Virus record (IMG/VR): IMGVR_UViG_3300042890_002798 | Span: 1 to 58,038 of that record | Reading direction: 5' to 3' (one strand) | Length of the DNA: 58,038 nucleotides | Source: a virus | Lineage: Duplodnaviria > Caudoviricetes | Part shown: positions 19,001 through 27,564 of the stretch, one piece after another | How positions within the stretch are numbered: the first letter of the stretch is position 1 | Layout: each line of letters opens with the position of its first letter | Program-made: the position numbers and the translations under genes | The notes under the pieces: generated by a model | Told to the model about the DNA's origin: nothing | The model's database searches: none | The model's input: the letters and a program-made list of their open reading frames with translations, nothing else

Positions 19001-21092
19001 AGTCCGACCGCTGACTGGTGAGCGTGTTGGCGCGGCAACATCTTCTGTGGCTCCCGTTTCAGCCGCTGATGCTCAATGGGAAAACCGCACGCGGTATGAT
19101 TACAGCAAACCTTCGGCTGAGAGGGTTCCGTCTGCGGGTTCTACCGTCGCCGCTCCAGCCAAAAAGGGTTTTAGCCTTTCTGATCTGAATCCTATTGGAT
19201 CAGCACAGGCTGCCGAAGCTGGTGTTGAGCCGAAGCCTGAATCCTTCAAGGATGCGGCTGCTCGTATGCGCGGTTTGAGCGGAACCTATGCTCCGGGTGT
19301 CACAGAGCAAAAATCCCTCTACACTGATTTTGGAAATCTTATTCCTGATCGGGATATGCTGGAGGAGACGCCATACGCCCAGACCATGGTTGGCTCTCCG
19401 ATGAGCATGAGCATTTGGGATGGGCTCGGATTTAGTGAGCCTTCCAACGATGTTGTCTCTGAAGAACCCGCCAGGGCCAAGCCGCAAGCTGCTCCGGCAT
19501 CGGAAAAACGAGAGCCTGAAAAAGGTCTCTATTTCGGTGATTTCCGGGATTACGAGCCGTGGAAGTCTGATCCGATCGGCGGCTTCTTTGATGAGCTTAT
19601 GGGCGAAAAGCCACAGAGCAAAACGATGGGCAAGCGCCCGGATGTAAACTCCGGAGACGGACTGGGCTTCCTCAAGGAGCTTTTCAGTGGTCGCGCGAGT
19701 GGCGGGCGAATGGGCTATGCCGATGGTGGATCGCCGGAAGACGAAGATACGTTGACCATTGATCCGGAATTGTTGAGCCCTGAGCCCATGGGTCCGACAA
19801 AAGGATTTGATCTGGCTGAAGAGCCGACGCCCGAGTCGGATGTTGTGTCTGCTGAAGAGGCTCCCGCCACAAGGCGCGCTCCTGCCGCTTCTGCCGCTCA
19901 GAAGCCCGCTGAGCGTGGGTTTGGATCTATGCTGGGTCTTGATCGTGGGAGACTTGATTCGCTTGCTGACGCCATGATTGCCGCCGGTTTTGGCATGATG
20001 GCTGGCAAGTCTCCGAATGCCTTCCAGAATATCGGCATGGGTGGCCTTAAAGGCATCGAGGCTTATCAGGCCGGTGAGGCTATCCGGGCGCGTCGGGAGG
20101 GTGAACTTGCCAAGATCAGACAAAAAGAAGCTGAATCTGATCGTGAGCGGAACTATTTGACGGAATTTTTAGGCGCTCCATCTGCGGAAGCCGCTCCAAT
20201 CCGTCCCGTCTCCAGGCAGGAAGGCGCAGATACTGAACTTGAGCCTCTTTATGATGAGCTGGAAAGATATCAGCGCGGCATCGCAGCGGCTCCCAGCCCT
20301 GAAGCTGCTCGACGGCTGAAGCTTCTTCAGGACAATATCAAGTTCAAAATCCAGCGCCTGAAAGAAGCGCAGACACAAAAAGAACGAGCAATAGAAAAGG
20401 CTCCTTCAAGCGTCTTTGAAAAGAAGCAGGCTGAAGTAAGCGCCTCTGAGTTTGCAAAGGATTATCAGGAAACACAGAAAGCCGCTGAAGCCGCAAGAAA
20501 GAGCGATGTTATTCTTCGCAGCACGTTGGATGCTCTTAATGATCCGACTGTTTATACAGGCGCGGCTGGCGAAACTGTTCTGGAAACCAAAAAGAAAATG
20601 GCCGGTTTGCTGGACCAGTTCCCGTCCCTCAAGAACGTCATTCCTGAGATGTTGACGCCATCGACATCCGGCATTGCCCAGACGGAAATGCTGAAATCCG
20701 GCGCGATCAAGTCTGTTCTTGAGGCTGCTGGAGGAAGGTTTGGCGCTGGCTTCTCCGATGGCGACCGCAGAGCGATGGAAGCCGCATCATTTGGCGTCGG
20801 CACATCCAGAGAGGGCAATATCAAAATCATCAAACAGGCTCAGGCTGCGAACAATCGCATCCAGGAAATCGCCCGTATGCAGCAAGATTATATCTCGCGC
20901 AATGGCGTCCTCGATGATGGGTTCAATCGTGAGCTTCAGCAGTATGCAAAAGCAAATCCCTTGTTCGACGCAAAGGGAAATCCGGTTGAGGAGGGTAAAG
21001 CTCCTCCGGCATCTGCGCAGACCGAATCAAAACCACGATTTACTCGCGAGCAAATTCAGGAAGAACTTCGTCGCCGTCAGGGAGCGCGATAA
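16005..21092 (+). CDS. Giant DNA-ejection protein with DUF4214-like and lytic transglycosylase modules
   Basis: Gln-rich N-terminus (SPYQKNVID, GGFGGDR); LYKFAFGREADPEGARFW; IAAIESGG..GKYQIM; about 11 GG motifs. Confidence 0.75.
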   Translation: MPQTTGQNWGIYNQTYTPAAQTDIFNAMRRAQDVSQLPFQPYLGQTVAGFAPSEIAAMRGIYGLQGYYEPYGQQATTLLGQAQAYANPNDPRLQQILGAQIPTFSQQAVQQYYSPYQKNVIDATMANIAQENLRQQNDLTARAIQQGGFGGDRTGIARAELNRLQNLQNAQTLSQLQNQGYAQALGAFQQQQDFARQKQAQDFAQYSAARNAAIQAAQQGAYSLGQLGLQGQQAGMQGIQALMGVGQMERALGQAQLEDQFKRYMTAMGYPWETAQWLASIVGSLGPQAGGTTSGVSFGGSSQQTPGPSPISSIAGLATSGLGALLKLFPGAGFKDGGRVGKADGGGFGEIQSLGLESPWSGFDPRRLNEEKMRQWVSRLDVDEAVKDQLRERSWLNPDETYEPYQDEEEDRSFLMSHGGRAGYKAGGRPYEGGSSYIESDTVPYIDKLELAPPKAPTIPNPKKPEAPEVGKLEGDDSFGDLGKMIGSLGTNVSKYFSTRSSNPAAAITADEANTESETASEEQYGGRVVKADGGGFGNWLSSLRQAGSPTAPYLQNQASQPRPMISNIGDLYKFAFGREADPEGARFWQQQQQAGMSLGDIAKNILSSQEAVSRYGQENIGGLQDVFSKFTSTPAAPGSVSPFQTLLTTGGAPVVNPDGTPVTLEDVQTPSAVQGPPGQGPYSEGDIAAAGQISPPDAGLMLMVGKNPMLAVVINQQQQEKQAAANRKVAEMRAYNDQVYNAPRSPIGYFMNLDYRTMSPSGLFGFNPISPYYSPIVPTAIKRNAGGKVEEPRPGLDLGGIARLPGQTSSMMTGPASQTSFSTNPPGYNPNAYGPYRESGGRVGMRDGGDPSIIDRIARGIAAIESGGSKNPYAVVGARSRKGDRPYGKYQIMGANIPSWGREAGYPNLTVREFLSNPKIQEDVARTQFAKIFAKSGSPNAVAGEWLGGPGWRRNRSADVLGTTVPEYIRRFARAYGSPTDVVASSRPASQTPVRIAKVRPLTGERVGAATSSVAPVSAADAQWENRTRYDYSKPSAERVPSAGSTVAAPAKKGFSLSDLNPIGSAQAAEAGVEPKPESFKDAAARMRGLSGTYAPGVTEQKSLYTDFGNLIPDRDMLEETPYAQTMVGSPMSMSIWDGLGFSEPSNDVVSEEPARAKPQAAPASEKREPEKGLYFGDFRDYEPWKSDPIGGFFDELMGEKPQSKTMGKRPDVNSGDGLGFLKELFSGRASGGRMGYADGGSPEDEDTLTIDPELLSPEPMGPTKGFDLAEEPTPESDVVSAEEAPATRRAPAASAAQKPAERGFGSMLGLDRGRLDSLADAMIAAGFGMMAGKSPNAFQNIGMGGLKGIEAYQAGEAIRARREGELAKIRQKEAESDRERNYLTEFLGAPSAEAAPIRPVSRQEGADTELEPLYDELERYQRGIAAAPSPEAARRLKLLQDNIKFKIQRLKEAQTQKERAIEKAPSSVFEKKQAEVSASEFAKDYQETQKAAEAARKSDVILRSTLDALNDPTVYTGAAGETVLETKKKMAGLLDQFPSLKNVIPEMLTPSTSGIAQTEMLKSGAIKSVLEAAGGRFGAGFSDGDRRAMEAASFGVGTSREGNIKIIKQAQAANNRIQEIARMQQDYISRNGVLDDGFNRELQQYAKANPLFDAKGNPVEEGKAPPASAQTESKPRFTREQIQEELRRRQGAR

Positions 21093-23119
21093 TGGATGAT
21101 AATGATCTTTCCCAATATTCCACTGAAGAGCTTCAGAGAATGTTGGGCGAGCAAGAAGCTCCTGCGCCCACGGGAATTGAGAGTATTCCTGAAGAAGAAC
21201 TTACCAGAATGGCTCAAGAAACGCAGCCAGCAGAAGGCGACTGGCGTGGCGAAGTAGCTGCCGGCCTTCGTGGCGTTCGTCGTTCCTTGCCGTTTGGACA
21301 GGACATTGGCGCTGCCGCTGAAGCTTTTCGGAAAGGCGTGCCATTTGAGGAAGAAAAAAGAGCCCAGGTCGCCAGAGACATTGAGCTGGAAAAACAATAT
21401 CCAAAATCGACGCTTGCTGGTGAGGTTGGTGGGTTTTTTGTTCCCGGATTCGGTCTTGCTGGTCCGATGGCCAAGTCTGAACAGGCTGTTGCATCCCGAC
21501 TAGCGCCAAAGGTTGGTGAGACTGCGGCCAGAATTGTCGGCGCTGGAGCCGCTGGCGCGGGCGCTGGGGCTATTCAGGGCTTCGGAGAGGGCGTAACTCC
21601 AGAGGAGCGCCTAAAGGGCGCTACATCGGCTGCCGGTATCGGTGCGCTTGGCGGAGCGGCATTGCCTGCTGCTGGGGCCGCAGTAAAGCGATCTCTTAAT
21701 GAGGCTGAACTGGCGGCGCAAAGGCTCGGGATTGGGGCTCCAAGATATGTAACCAGCGAAGCCGCCTTGCCAAAAACCACGGCTGCGGCTCTTGAGGCTG
21801 TGCCTGTTACCGGCGGCGTTATCCAGAGAGCAGCCAGAGAAGGAATTGAACAGCTTGGCGAAGCAACCGAGCGGATTCCGGGCGTTTCTCCGCTGGTTGA
21901 TAGATATGAAGCCGGAGCCGCCGCGAAACAGGCGTTAACGGGTTGGGCGGGAACACGATCTGAAAATGTCGTCTCAAAAGCATATGACGCTGTTGACAAA
22001 TATATTAACCCGAATGTAGCCACGCCTCTTTCAAATACCGCGTCTACTGTCCAGCAAATTGGATCCAAAAATTTGCTGGCCCATCTCCCGGAAGAGACTG
22101 CTGCGACCAAGCTTTTGATGGACGCCGTGACTAACCCGGAGGGACTGACGTATGAGGGAATTAAATTCCTTCGCACGCATGTCGGTCAGAAAATGAAGGA
22201 TGCGCTTCATACAACGGGTGTCGAGCAAACTGAACTCAAGCAGCTTTATGGTTCTCTCACCAAAGATCTCCGGGATGCGGTAGAAAAAGCTGGTGGTCAG
22301 CGCGGATTAAGCGCATTTGAGCGTGCAAATACTCTAAATGCGCAGGTTCAGGCCAAGCGCGATCAGCTTTACAAGATTGTCGGCGCGGCGGGTGATACGC
22401 CTCCGGAGGCTGTTTTTGATAAAATATACAGAATGGGAACGGATAAAGCCGGAGCCAATATCGAACTTCTCCGCAATGCCAGAACATCCATTAAAGGAAG
22501 CGATTGGGAAGACGTAACATCGGGCATTATCAATACGATGGGTCGTGATGCCGAAAAAGCTTTTTCTCCGGATCGTTTTGTGACTGCCTACGGGAAGCTT
22601 TCTGATCGCGGCAAGGATCTGATTTTTGGCGCTGCCGGCAATCCGGTAAGACAAGCGATGGAAGATGTAAATCTTCTATCCAGCAAATATGCACAGGCGG
22701 CCAAGAGCAGGAATGTTTCAAAGACTGCTCCGGTTCTGCTTGGGGCTGGCGCATTGCTTGGATTGGCGACCGGAGCGACGGGAATAGGCGGAACTGCCGC
22801 TGGCATATTGGGAACAATCCCGGTTGCAATGCTTCTGGCCAGCCCAAAAACCGCAAAAACCGTTTCCAATTTCATCAAAAAGCCAAGTAAGTTCAGCTAT
22901 AATGCTTTATTGAATGCTGCGAGACTTGAGGCTAGGAAACCTGAAGAAGATCGCACGCCGAGGGCTGCTGGAGGAAAGGTTTATCCTGCCAAAAAGCTTA
23001 GCCTTATGGAGAAGGCTGCAAGGAAAGCCTTTAATGATATTGCTCTGGAATCGCGCCCTTTGATGGATATGCCGGATGAGGCAATCGTCAAGGCGCTGGA
23101 TTTGGCGAAAGACAAATGA
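21092..23119 (+). CDS. DNA ejection/internal virion protein
   Basis: Ala/Gly-rich hydrophobic helices; last structural gene before lysis; RAAGGKV near the C-terminus. Confidence 0.7.
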   Translation: MDDNDLSQYSTEELQRMLGEQEAPAPTGIESIPEEELTRMAQETQPAEGDWRGEVAAGLRGVRRSLPFGQDIGAAAEAFRKGVPFEEEKRAQVARDIELEKQYPKSTLAGEVGGFFVPGFGLAGPMAKSEQAVASRLAPKVGETAARIVGAGAAGAGAGAIQGFGEGVTPEERLKGATSAAGIGALGGAALPAAGAAVKRSLNEAELAAQRLGIGAPRYVTSEAALPKTTAAALEAVPVTGGVIQRAAREGIEQLGEATERIPGVSPLVDRYEAGAAAKQALTGWAGTRSENVVSKAYDAVDKYINPNVATPLSNTASTVQQIGSKNLLAHLPEETAATKLLMDAVTNPEGLTYEGIKFLRTHVGQKMKDALHTTGVEQTELKQLYGSLTKDLRDAVEKAGGQRGLSAFERANTLNAQVQAKRDQLYKIVGAAGDTPPEAVFDKIYRMGTDKAGANIELLRNARTSIKGSDWEDVTSGIINTMGRDAEKAFSPDRFVTAYGKLSDRGKDLIFGAAGNPVRQAMEDVNLLSSKYAQAAKSRNVSKTAPVLLGAGALLGLATGATGIGGTAAGILGTIPVAMLLASPKTAKTVSNFIKKPSKFSYNALLNAARLEARKPEEDRTPRAAGGKVYPAKKLSLMEKAARKAFNDIALESRPLMDMPDEAIVKALDLAKDK

Positions 23120-23247
23120 TGATTCATCCAGACGATCACGATGCTTTGATCAGGCTATGCAAGGCGGTTGCGGTCGTATGGATATGCGTTCTTTGCTATA
23201 AGATGGGCAAAGATGCTTATTACATAATGAGGTATGAAATCCCATGA
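23116..23247 (+). CDS. Small membrane protein, 43 aa
   Basis: ATGA overlaps at both ends; one hydrophobic stretch. Confidence 0.5.
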   Translation: MMIHPDDHDALIRLCKAVAVVWICVLCYKMGKDAYYIMRYEIP

Positions 23248-23783
23248 ACAAGGCTTACTTCTTTGATAGAATCAGAAGGGCCGTTTTTGGTGGCAGACTC
23301 ACGCAAAAACAGGTCGACGGAATGAGCCGCATCCTTGCGTATCGGGATGAGAAGTGGCCTAAAATGCCGGATGCTGAATTGGCATATCTATTGGCTACGA
23401 CTGTCCATGAGACGGCTTTTACGATGCAGCCAATCCGGGAGATGGGTTCTGCGGCGTATTTCAGAACCAAGAGATACGCGCCGAAGTGGATCGGTCGAGG
23501 GCTCATTCAGATTACCTGGAAATATAATTACGAAAAATTCGGTATCGCCAACGATCCGGATTCGGCTCTCAAGTGGCCGACTGCGCTGGACATAGCATTT
23601 CGAGGCATGATTTTCGGAATGTTTACAGGCAAGAAGCTTTCGGATTATATCAAGCCTAACAAGGTTCCGGATTTTGTGGGCGCTCGCCGCATCATAAACG
23701 GGACAGACAGGGCCAATCTTATCGCCGGTTATGCAAGATCATTTTTGGACGCTCTGACGCAATCAAAGGAGACGCCTAAATGA
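23244..23783 (+). CDS. Endolysin, GH19/lysozyme-like
   Basis: AYLLAT..HET...PIRE; GRGLIQITWKYNY; ARRIING. Confidence 0.9.
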   Translation: MNKAYFFDRIRRAVFGGRLTQKQVDGMSRILAYRDEKWPKMPDAELAYLLATTVHETAFTMQPIREMGSAAYFRTKRYAPKWIGRGLIQITWKYNYEKFGIANDPDSALKWPTALDIAFRGMIFGMFTGKKLSDYIKPNKVPDFVGARRIINGTDRANLIAGYARSFLDALTQSKETPK

Positions 23784-23923
23784 TACAGGAAACCCTGAGA
23801 TTTACTATACTGGCTGCTATGTTTTCGTTGACGCTTGTGGGTGTCAGCTTACTGGCGGCCTGTAGTGAAATGAAATACGCTGAATGTATCGTTCGGGACA
23901 ATACGCGCAATCCCTGCAATTGA
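23780..23923 (+). CDS. Small lipoprotein, 47 aa (not in ORF track)
   Basis: AGGAG RBS; MIQETLRFTILAAMFSLTLVGVSLLAAC lipobox. Confidence 0.7.
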   Translation: MIQETLRFTILAAMFSLTLVGVSLLAACSEMKYAECIVRDNTRNPCN

Positions 23924-23934
23924 TGGAGAATAGA

Positions 23935-24144
23935 ATGTTTAAAAATCTCACTGTTAGCTGGCACACGACTGTTTCCGGCATGATTCCGCTGATTGCCTAT
24001 GCGCTGAATTATTTTGGCATGTGGCCCAGCATTATGCCGCTTCCGCCGATCGACCAGGTATGGCCTTTTGTTGTGGCCGTATTGGGTATCGGTGCGTATG
24101 CCAAAGACGCAAACGTGACTGGCGGAAAGATCAGCCAAGAATGA
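23935..24144 (+). CDS. Holin-like protein
   Basis: GGAG RBS; two hydrophobic segments; SWHTT..G and AKDANVTGG. Confidence 0.6.
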   Translation: MFKNLTVSWHTTVSGMIPLIAYALNYFGMWPSIMPLPPIDQVWPFVVAVLGIGAYAKDANVTGGKISQE

Positions 24145-24386
24145 ACTGGCTATCTCTCGCCATCAAGGTTATCCCTGCGATATTATCCATTATTCAGTGG
24201 CTAATATCCAGGGCTAACGACAAGAAGCTTATTGCAGAAGGCGAGAGACGCGCTATTTTGGCTAATGCAATGATTATTGCCTCCAAGGTTTCTATCGCTA
24301 AAAAGATAGAGGAGGAGGCAAAGGCGGACCACATTGCCAATCCTGATAGCGATGACGGTTTTGACACCGAGTTTATGAGAAAGTAA
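24141..24386 (+). CDS. Rz-like inner-membrane spanin
   Basis: N-terminal TM helix plus helical tail, lysis cassette. Confidence 0.55.
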   Translation: MNWLSLAIKVIPAILSIIQWLISRANDKKLIAEGERRAILANAMIIASKVSIAKKIEEEAKADHIANPDSDDGFDTEFMRK

Positions 24387-24388
24387 AT

Positions 24389-24589
24389 ATGGATAGCTGG
24401 ACTCTGTGTATAGGTTTTGTAGTTATGTTCTGTCAGGTTCAGGAAGCTCCTAAGCCTGCAACGGACAGTTATTGCGAGATTTCAAAGCCTATTTATTGGA
24501 GCGCATCCGATACGAGGGCAACTAAAGAACAGGTTGACACTCACAATCGGGTTTGGAAAAAGCTATGTCGGACTTCAGGATCGAAATAA
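24389..24589 (+). CDS. Rz1-like outer-membrane spanin
   Basis: TDSYC...PIYWS..DT..T..QV..HN..W...C pattern. Confidence 0.6.
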   Translation: MDSWTLCIGFVVMFCQVQEAPKPATDSYCEISKPIYWSASDTRATKEQVDTHNRVWKKLCRTSGSK

Positions 24590-24909
24590 GCGAAGAAGCC
24601 AAAAATTTAATTGAGGCTATAAAGGATTATATTTCTGTATTCGTTATTCCTATTGCTGGCGGAGCCATAGGCTATGTCGCCGGAAGGCGTAAAGAAAACT
24701 CTGAAGCCAACAAATTTGATGCAGAAGCAGATAAATTTTATGCCGAAGCTGAAGCAGCAAAGCTTGACAGCATTACACGGCATTTCGAAGCCTTGATTGA
24801 AGGCTATGAGACAAGAGTGAAAGATCTTGTGAGTGAGGTTGAAAAGCTCAGAGAAGAGGTTTTGTCTCTTCGCAAGGCGTTAGACCAAAGACCTCGATCA
24901 AGATATTAA
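24565..24909 (+). CDS. TM plus coiled-coil protein (holin/antiholin-like)
   Basis: One TM segment then heptad repeats. Confidence 0.5.
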   Translation: MSDFRIEISEEAKNLIEAIKDYISVFVIPIAGGAIGYVAGRRKENSEANKFDAEADKFYAEAEAAKLDSITRHFEALIEGYETRVKDLVSEVEKLREEVLSLRKALDQRPRSRY

Positions 24910-25026
24910 TTGTCGGATTTGCGCGGTTTCACTGGCCCAAATGCAACACCAGCTAACACCAGAACCACGCCTTGTATTGACTCGCACAATATCCCGATGT
25001 CCGACATCCGGCTGACGTTGAAGGTG

Positions 25027-25242
25027 TTAGCTGGTAACTGTCAAATCCTCAGTCTTTTCCGGTTCGATAATTTTAGCATCTATTTCCAAAGGCTCCCATT
25101 CTTCTGAGCCTTCCTTCATAATCTCAAATCTGTGTCCGGCAGATTTGTATTCCAGATGTCCATTCTCATTTAGCTCAAGAGCAAACAGGTTCAATGCTCT
25201 CATGCGAATGATCGGCTTGGGCTTTGGATTTCTTCCTGCCAT
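25027..25242 (-). CDS. Hypothetical protein
   Basis: GAGG RBS, tightly packed leftward operon. Confidence 0.6.
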   Translation of the reverse strand: MAGRNPKPKPIIRMRALNLFALELNENGHLEYKSAGHRFEIMKEGSEEWEPLEIDAKIIEPEKTEDLTVTS

Positions 25243-25243
25243 G

Positions 25244-25714
25244 TTACTTTACCTCACTGGATGGTGAATAGGACATGTAGTTGTAAACTCCGGGCTTTCT
25301 CCCGAATACAACTCTTGGGTGCGTGTTTTTGCATGGCTTCACGCCCAAATCCACAAGATCCGTATATCCCAATGTAGATTCCGGCGTGTATTGGCGCTGG
25401 ACATGGCCCCAGAGACGCGTCCTGATTGGCGTCGGGAGCATGTATAGCATTTGCTCGGTTATATCCGGCCTGCGATTACCGCTTTTCTCTTCATAGGCCA
25501 AATGGGCCATGACTTTGGCATTCGGTCCAACGCATACATTTCTTGCGGCCAGAGCCAGAATGCAGGCTGATCTACACATGCCAAGGATCTTGACCTTCCT
25601 TCCCTGGTAATTGTAAATCTCCACAGCCCTTTGATATTCATCTACATAGCCGCCTCGATCATCATGGATCTCTACAGGCGCTGAGCCATATGGTGGGATC
25701 GTAAACTCGCCCAT
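25244..25714 (-). CDS. ClpP/crotonase-like peptidase
   Basis: DDRGG oxyanion loop, CRSAC nucleophile motif, downstream His (VMAH). Confidence 0.6.
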   Translation of the reverse strand: MGEFTIPPYGSAPVEIHDDRGGYVDEYQRAVEIYNYQGRKVKILGMCRSACILALAARNVCVGPNAKVMAHLAYEEKSGNRRPDITEQMLYMLPTPIRTRLWGHVQRQYTPESTLGYTDLVDLGVKPCKNTHPRVVFGRKPGVYNYMSYSPSSEVK

Positions 25715-25763
25715 AACTGCCCCAATGGGTTAGAGGGAGGACTCGCCTCCCTCATTTGATTGT

Positions 25764-26114
25764 TTACTTTTTGACTGCGGTTTTTGCAGGCGCTGAAATC
25801 TTGACGGGCTTTTCAATAAACTCGTCTTCCAGCTTGTTAAGGATTTCAGACATTGTCGTAATGCGCTTGCCGATTTCTTCCTGATTTTTATCGACAAGTG
25901 GATAATGTTCAACAGATTTGTCGACTGATTTGGCGTCTGTCAGTTCGTGCAGCAGCCTTTCAATCATGTCCTGTATTCTGGAATCCTTATCCAGAAATGG
26001 CATATTCCCGCGTCCTTTTGCAGCGCGCGCTTCCTGCACAGCGTTAGTCGAGATAGACCGCATACGGTCATCAAGGCTGAAGGTATATGAAGGAATGGCA
26101 GTGATCATTGTCAT
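25764..26114 (-). CDS. Hypothetical protein
   Basis: GGAGAAACA RBS. Confidence 0.65.
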   Translation of the reverse strand: MTMITAIPSYTFSLDDRMRSISTNAVQEARAAKGRGNMPFLDKDSRIQDMIERLLHELTDAKSVDKSVEHYPLVDKNQEEIGKRITTMSEILNKLEDEFIEKPVKISAPAKTAVKK

Positions 26115-26272
26115 TTGTTTCTCCTGTTTCCTATGCTGATTGTGGTTTTTACTCTAGGCTGGTCTTTGTTAACGTAGTTTTGACCTTTGAAATATTTACG
26201 CATCGTTGGGTAGACATCTGCGGCAATCGCACAGGCGCATATCGCTACGACCCATAGACCTATATAAATCAT
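26111..26272 (-). CDS. Small membrane protein, 53 aa
   Basis: MIYIGLWVVAICACAIAADV...; ATGA overlap with the next gene. Confidence 0.5.
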   Translation of the reverse strand: MIYIGLWVVAICACAIAADVYPTMRKYFKGQNYVNKDQPRVKTTISIGNRRNK

Positions 26273-26274
26273 GC

Positions 26275-26538
26275 TTATTCATCCTCATCAAACGGGCCTC
26301 CGTAGAGGCGCGGCCCCATCGTTGAAAATTGGTTCTTGGGGCTGTATGGGCTGAATTCATTTCCATACGGGCCAAACTGGTTTTTAAGGCTGTATGGATA
26401 GAATTCATTATTCATCAGGCTAAACTCATTGTTGATGCTTTCGCCATCAAACATGTTGCCTGACAAATTTCCAATGTATTCATCTGCCAGCGCATTCACT
26501 GGTAGAAAAATACAAAATGCTGCTGTTATGATTTTCAC
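26275..26538 (-). CDS. Small exported protein with N(E/Q)F..Y.PYS repeats
   Basis: Signal peptide (ALA-D); GGAGAAACA RBS with GTG start. Confidence 0.65.
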   Translation of the reverse strand: MKIITAAFCIFLPVNALADEYIGNLSGNMFDGESINNEFSLMNNEFYPYSLKNQFGPYGNEFSPYSPKNQFSTMGPRLYGGPFDEDE

Positions 26539-26592
26539 TTGTTTCTCCTGTTTTTTGATTATTTCCTACACTCGCACGCACAAGCCCGCAAG

Positions 26593-27009
26593 TCAAGCAA
26601 ATTTTTTCAAGCTTTTATCCTTGTTTTTATTGGCCATCCATTCCTGATAGCGCTGGAAGACTTCAGGATTTTCTCTTCTCATCACGCGCAGAGCCTTGTC
26701 TCGAATCTGTCCGATCCGCGATGATGATACGCCCAGCTTGTCGGCCAGCTCTCGGACAGTGACGCCATTGATCGTTTGCTTGATAACGAAAATCTCACGT
26801 TCCCGCAGAGCATTCTTGTCATAGGGCGAAGCGTCCTTGAACTTCATCTCATGGCCTTCGTTCCGCATGACATTGATCGTCGCCCTGAGCGCCTTGTGAT
26901 CCTTGTTAAGAAGATCAGCGATTTCGGCGATTGTTTTGGTGCCATCGGCAAGATCCAGAATGGAAAGTCGATATGCACTTGTTTCATTTCCGCAGTGTGG
27001 ACATTTCAT
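26593..27009 (-). CDS. HTH protein with a sigma-70 region 4-like domain
   Basis: CPHC; TVRELADKLGVSSSRIGQIRDKALR. Confidence 0.75.
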   Translation of the reverse strand: MKCPHCGNETSAYRLSILDLADGTKTIAEIADLLNKDHKALRATINVMRNEGHEMKFKDASPYDKNALREREIFVIKQTINGVTVRELADKLGVSSSRIGQIRDKALRVMRRENPEVFQRYQEWMANKNKDKSLKKFA

Positions 27010-27010
27010 T

Positions 27011-27373
27011 TCACGAATCCTCGAACATTGATCTTCGCGGAGGCAAAGATATTTTTTCTGCTCTTTCGCGCTTTGGAAACCCGCGTGATTGTATTTTTAC
27101 TTTTGGGGTGACAGCTCCAAGGTGACGCGCCTCTACCCTTTTCGCTTTGCTGATCATCTTGACATCCTGCTTTGTTTTCTCAGAGTGGCATGGAATGCAA
27201 AGCAGCCGGCTGTTTTCGAATGTTGGCTCGCCAAGCAAGCCATCGGCACGTATGTGATCGATTTCAAACTTTGTGCATGGGCATCCACATCCATCGCAAT
27301 ACACATTACCATTGACCGTCGCCGCCTTTATTCGGGCGACTATGATCGCTTTAGTGAAATTTCGCCTAGCCAT
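27011..27373 (-). CDS. HNH endonuclease
   Basis: CDGC..EIDH....N..LLCIPCH. Confidence 0.85.
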   Translation of the reverse strand: MARRNFTKAIIVARIKAATVNGNVYCDGCGCPCTKFEIDHIRADGLLGEPTFENSRLLCIPCHSEKTKQDVKMISKAKRVEARHLGAVTPKVKIQSRGFPKRERAEKISLPPRRSMFEDS

Positions 27374-27557
27374 ATCTGTCTTTCATGTTCCATAGGTAGC
27401 TGGAGATTGCTTCCTGAACCAAATAAGACTGGCTCTTGCCTGTTTTTTCAGAGAACTTTTTGAGCTTGTGGATGATAGTATCATCCATACGAACGTTGAG
27501 TTGCTTCATTACAACTTTCGTTCGGCTCTCTCTGTGGCCTCGCGGCTTTGTAGACAA
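27366..27557 (-). CDS. Ribbon-helix-helix DNA-binding protein (start uncertain)
   Basis: QLNVRMDD..HKLKKFSEKTGKSQSYLVQEAI. Confidence 0.7.
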   Translation of the reverse strand: MSTKPRGHRESRTKVVMKQLNVRMDDTIIHKLKKFSEKTGKSQSYLVQEAISSYLWNMKDRYG

Positions 27558-27564
27558 GTTACGA

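Noticed and set aside
19200-20123. Long antisense ORFs (also 8492-9277, 40387-41043, 46752-47411, 51130-51876, 54380-55739, 56718-57404)
   Set aside because: Shadows of codon-biased plus-strand genes, with no RBS or recognisable motifs
16005-21092. GG motifs as bacteriocin double-glycine leaders or ubiquitin-like C-termini
   Set aside because: No LSxxEL leader pattern, C39 transporter or E1/E2/JAB genes recognised; the motifs are internal and basic
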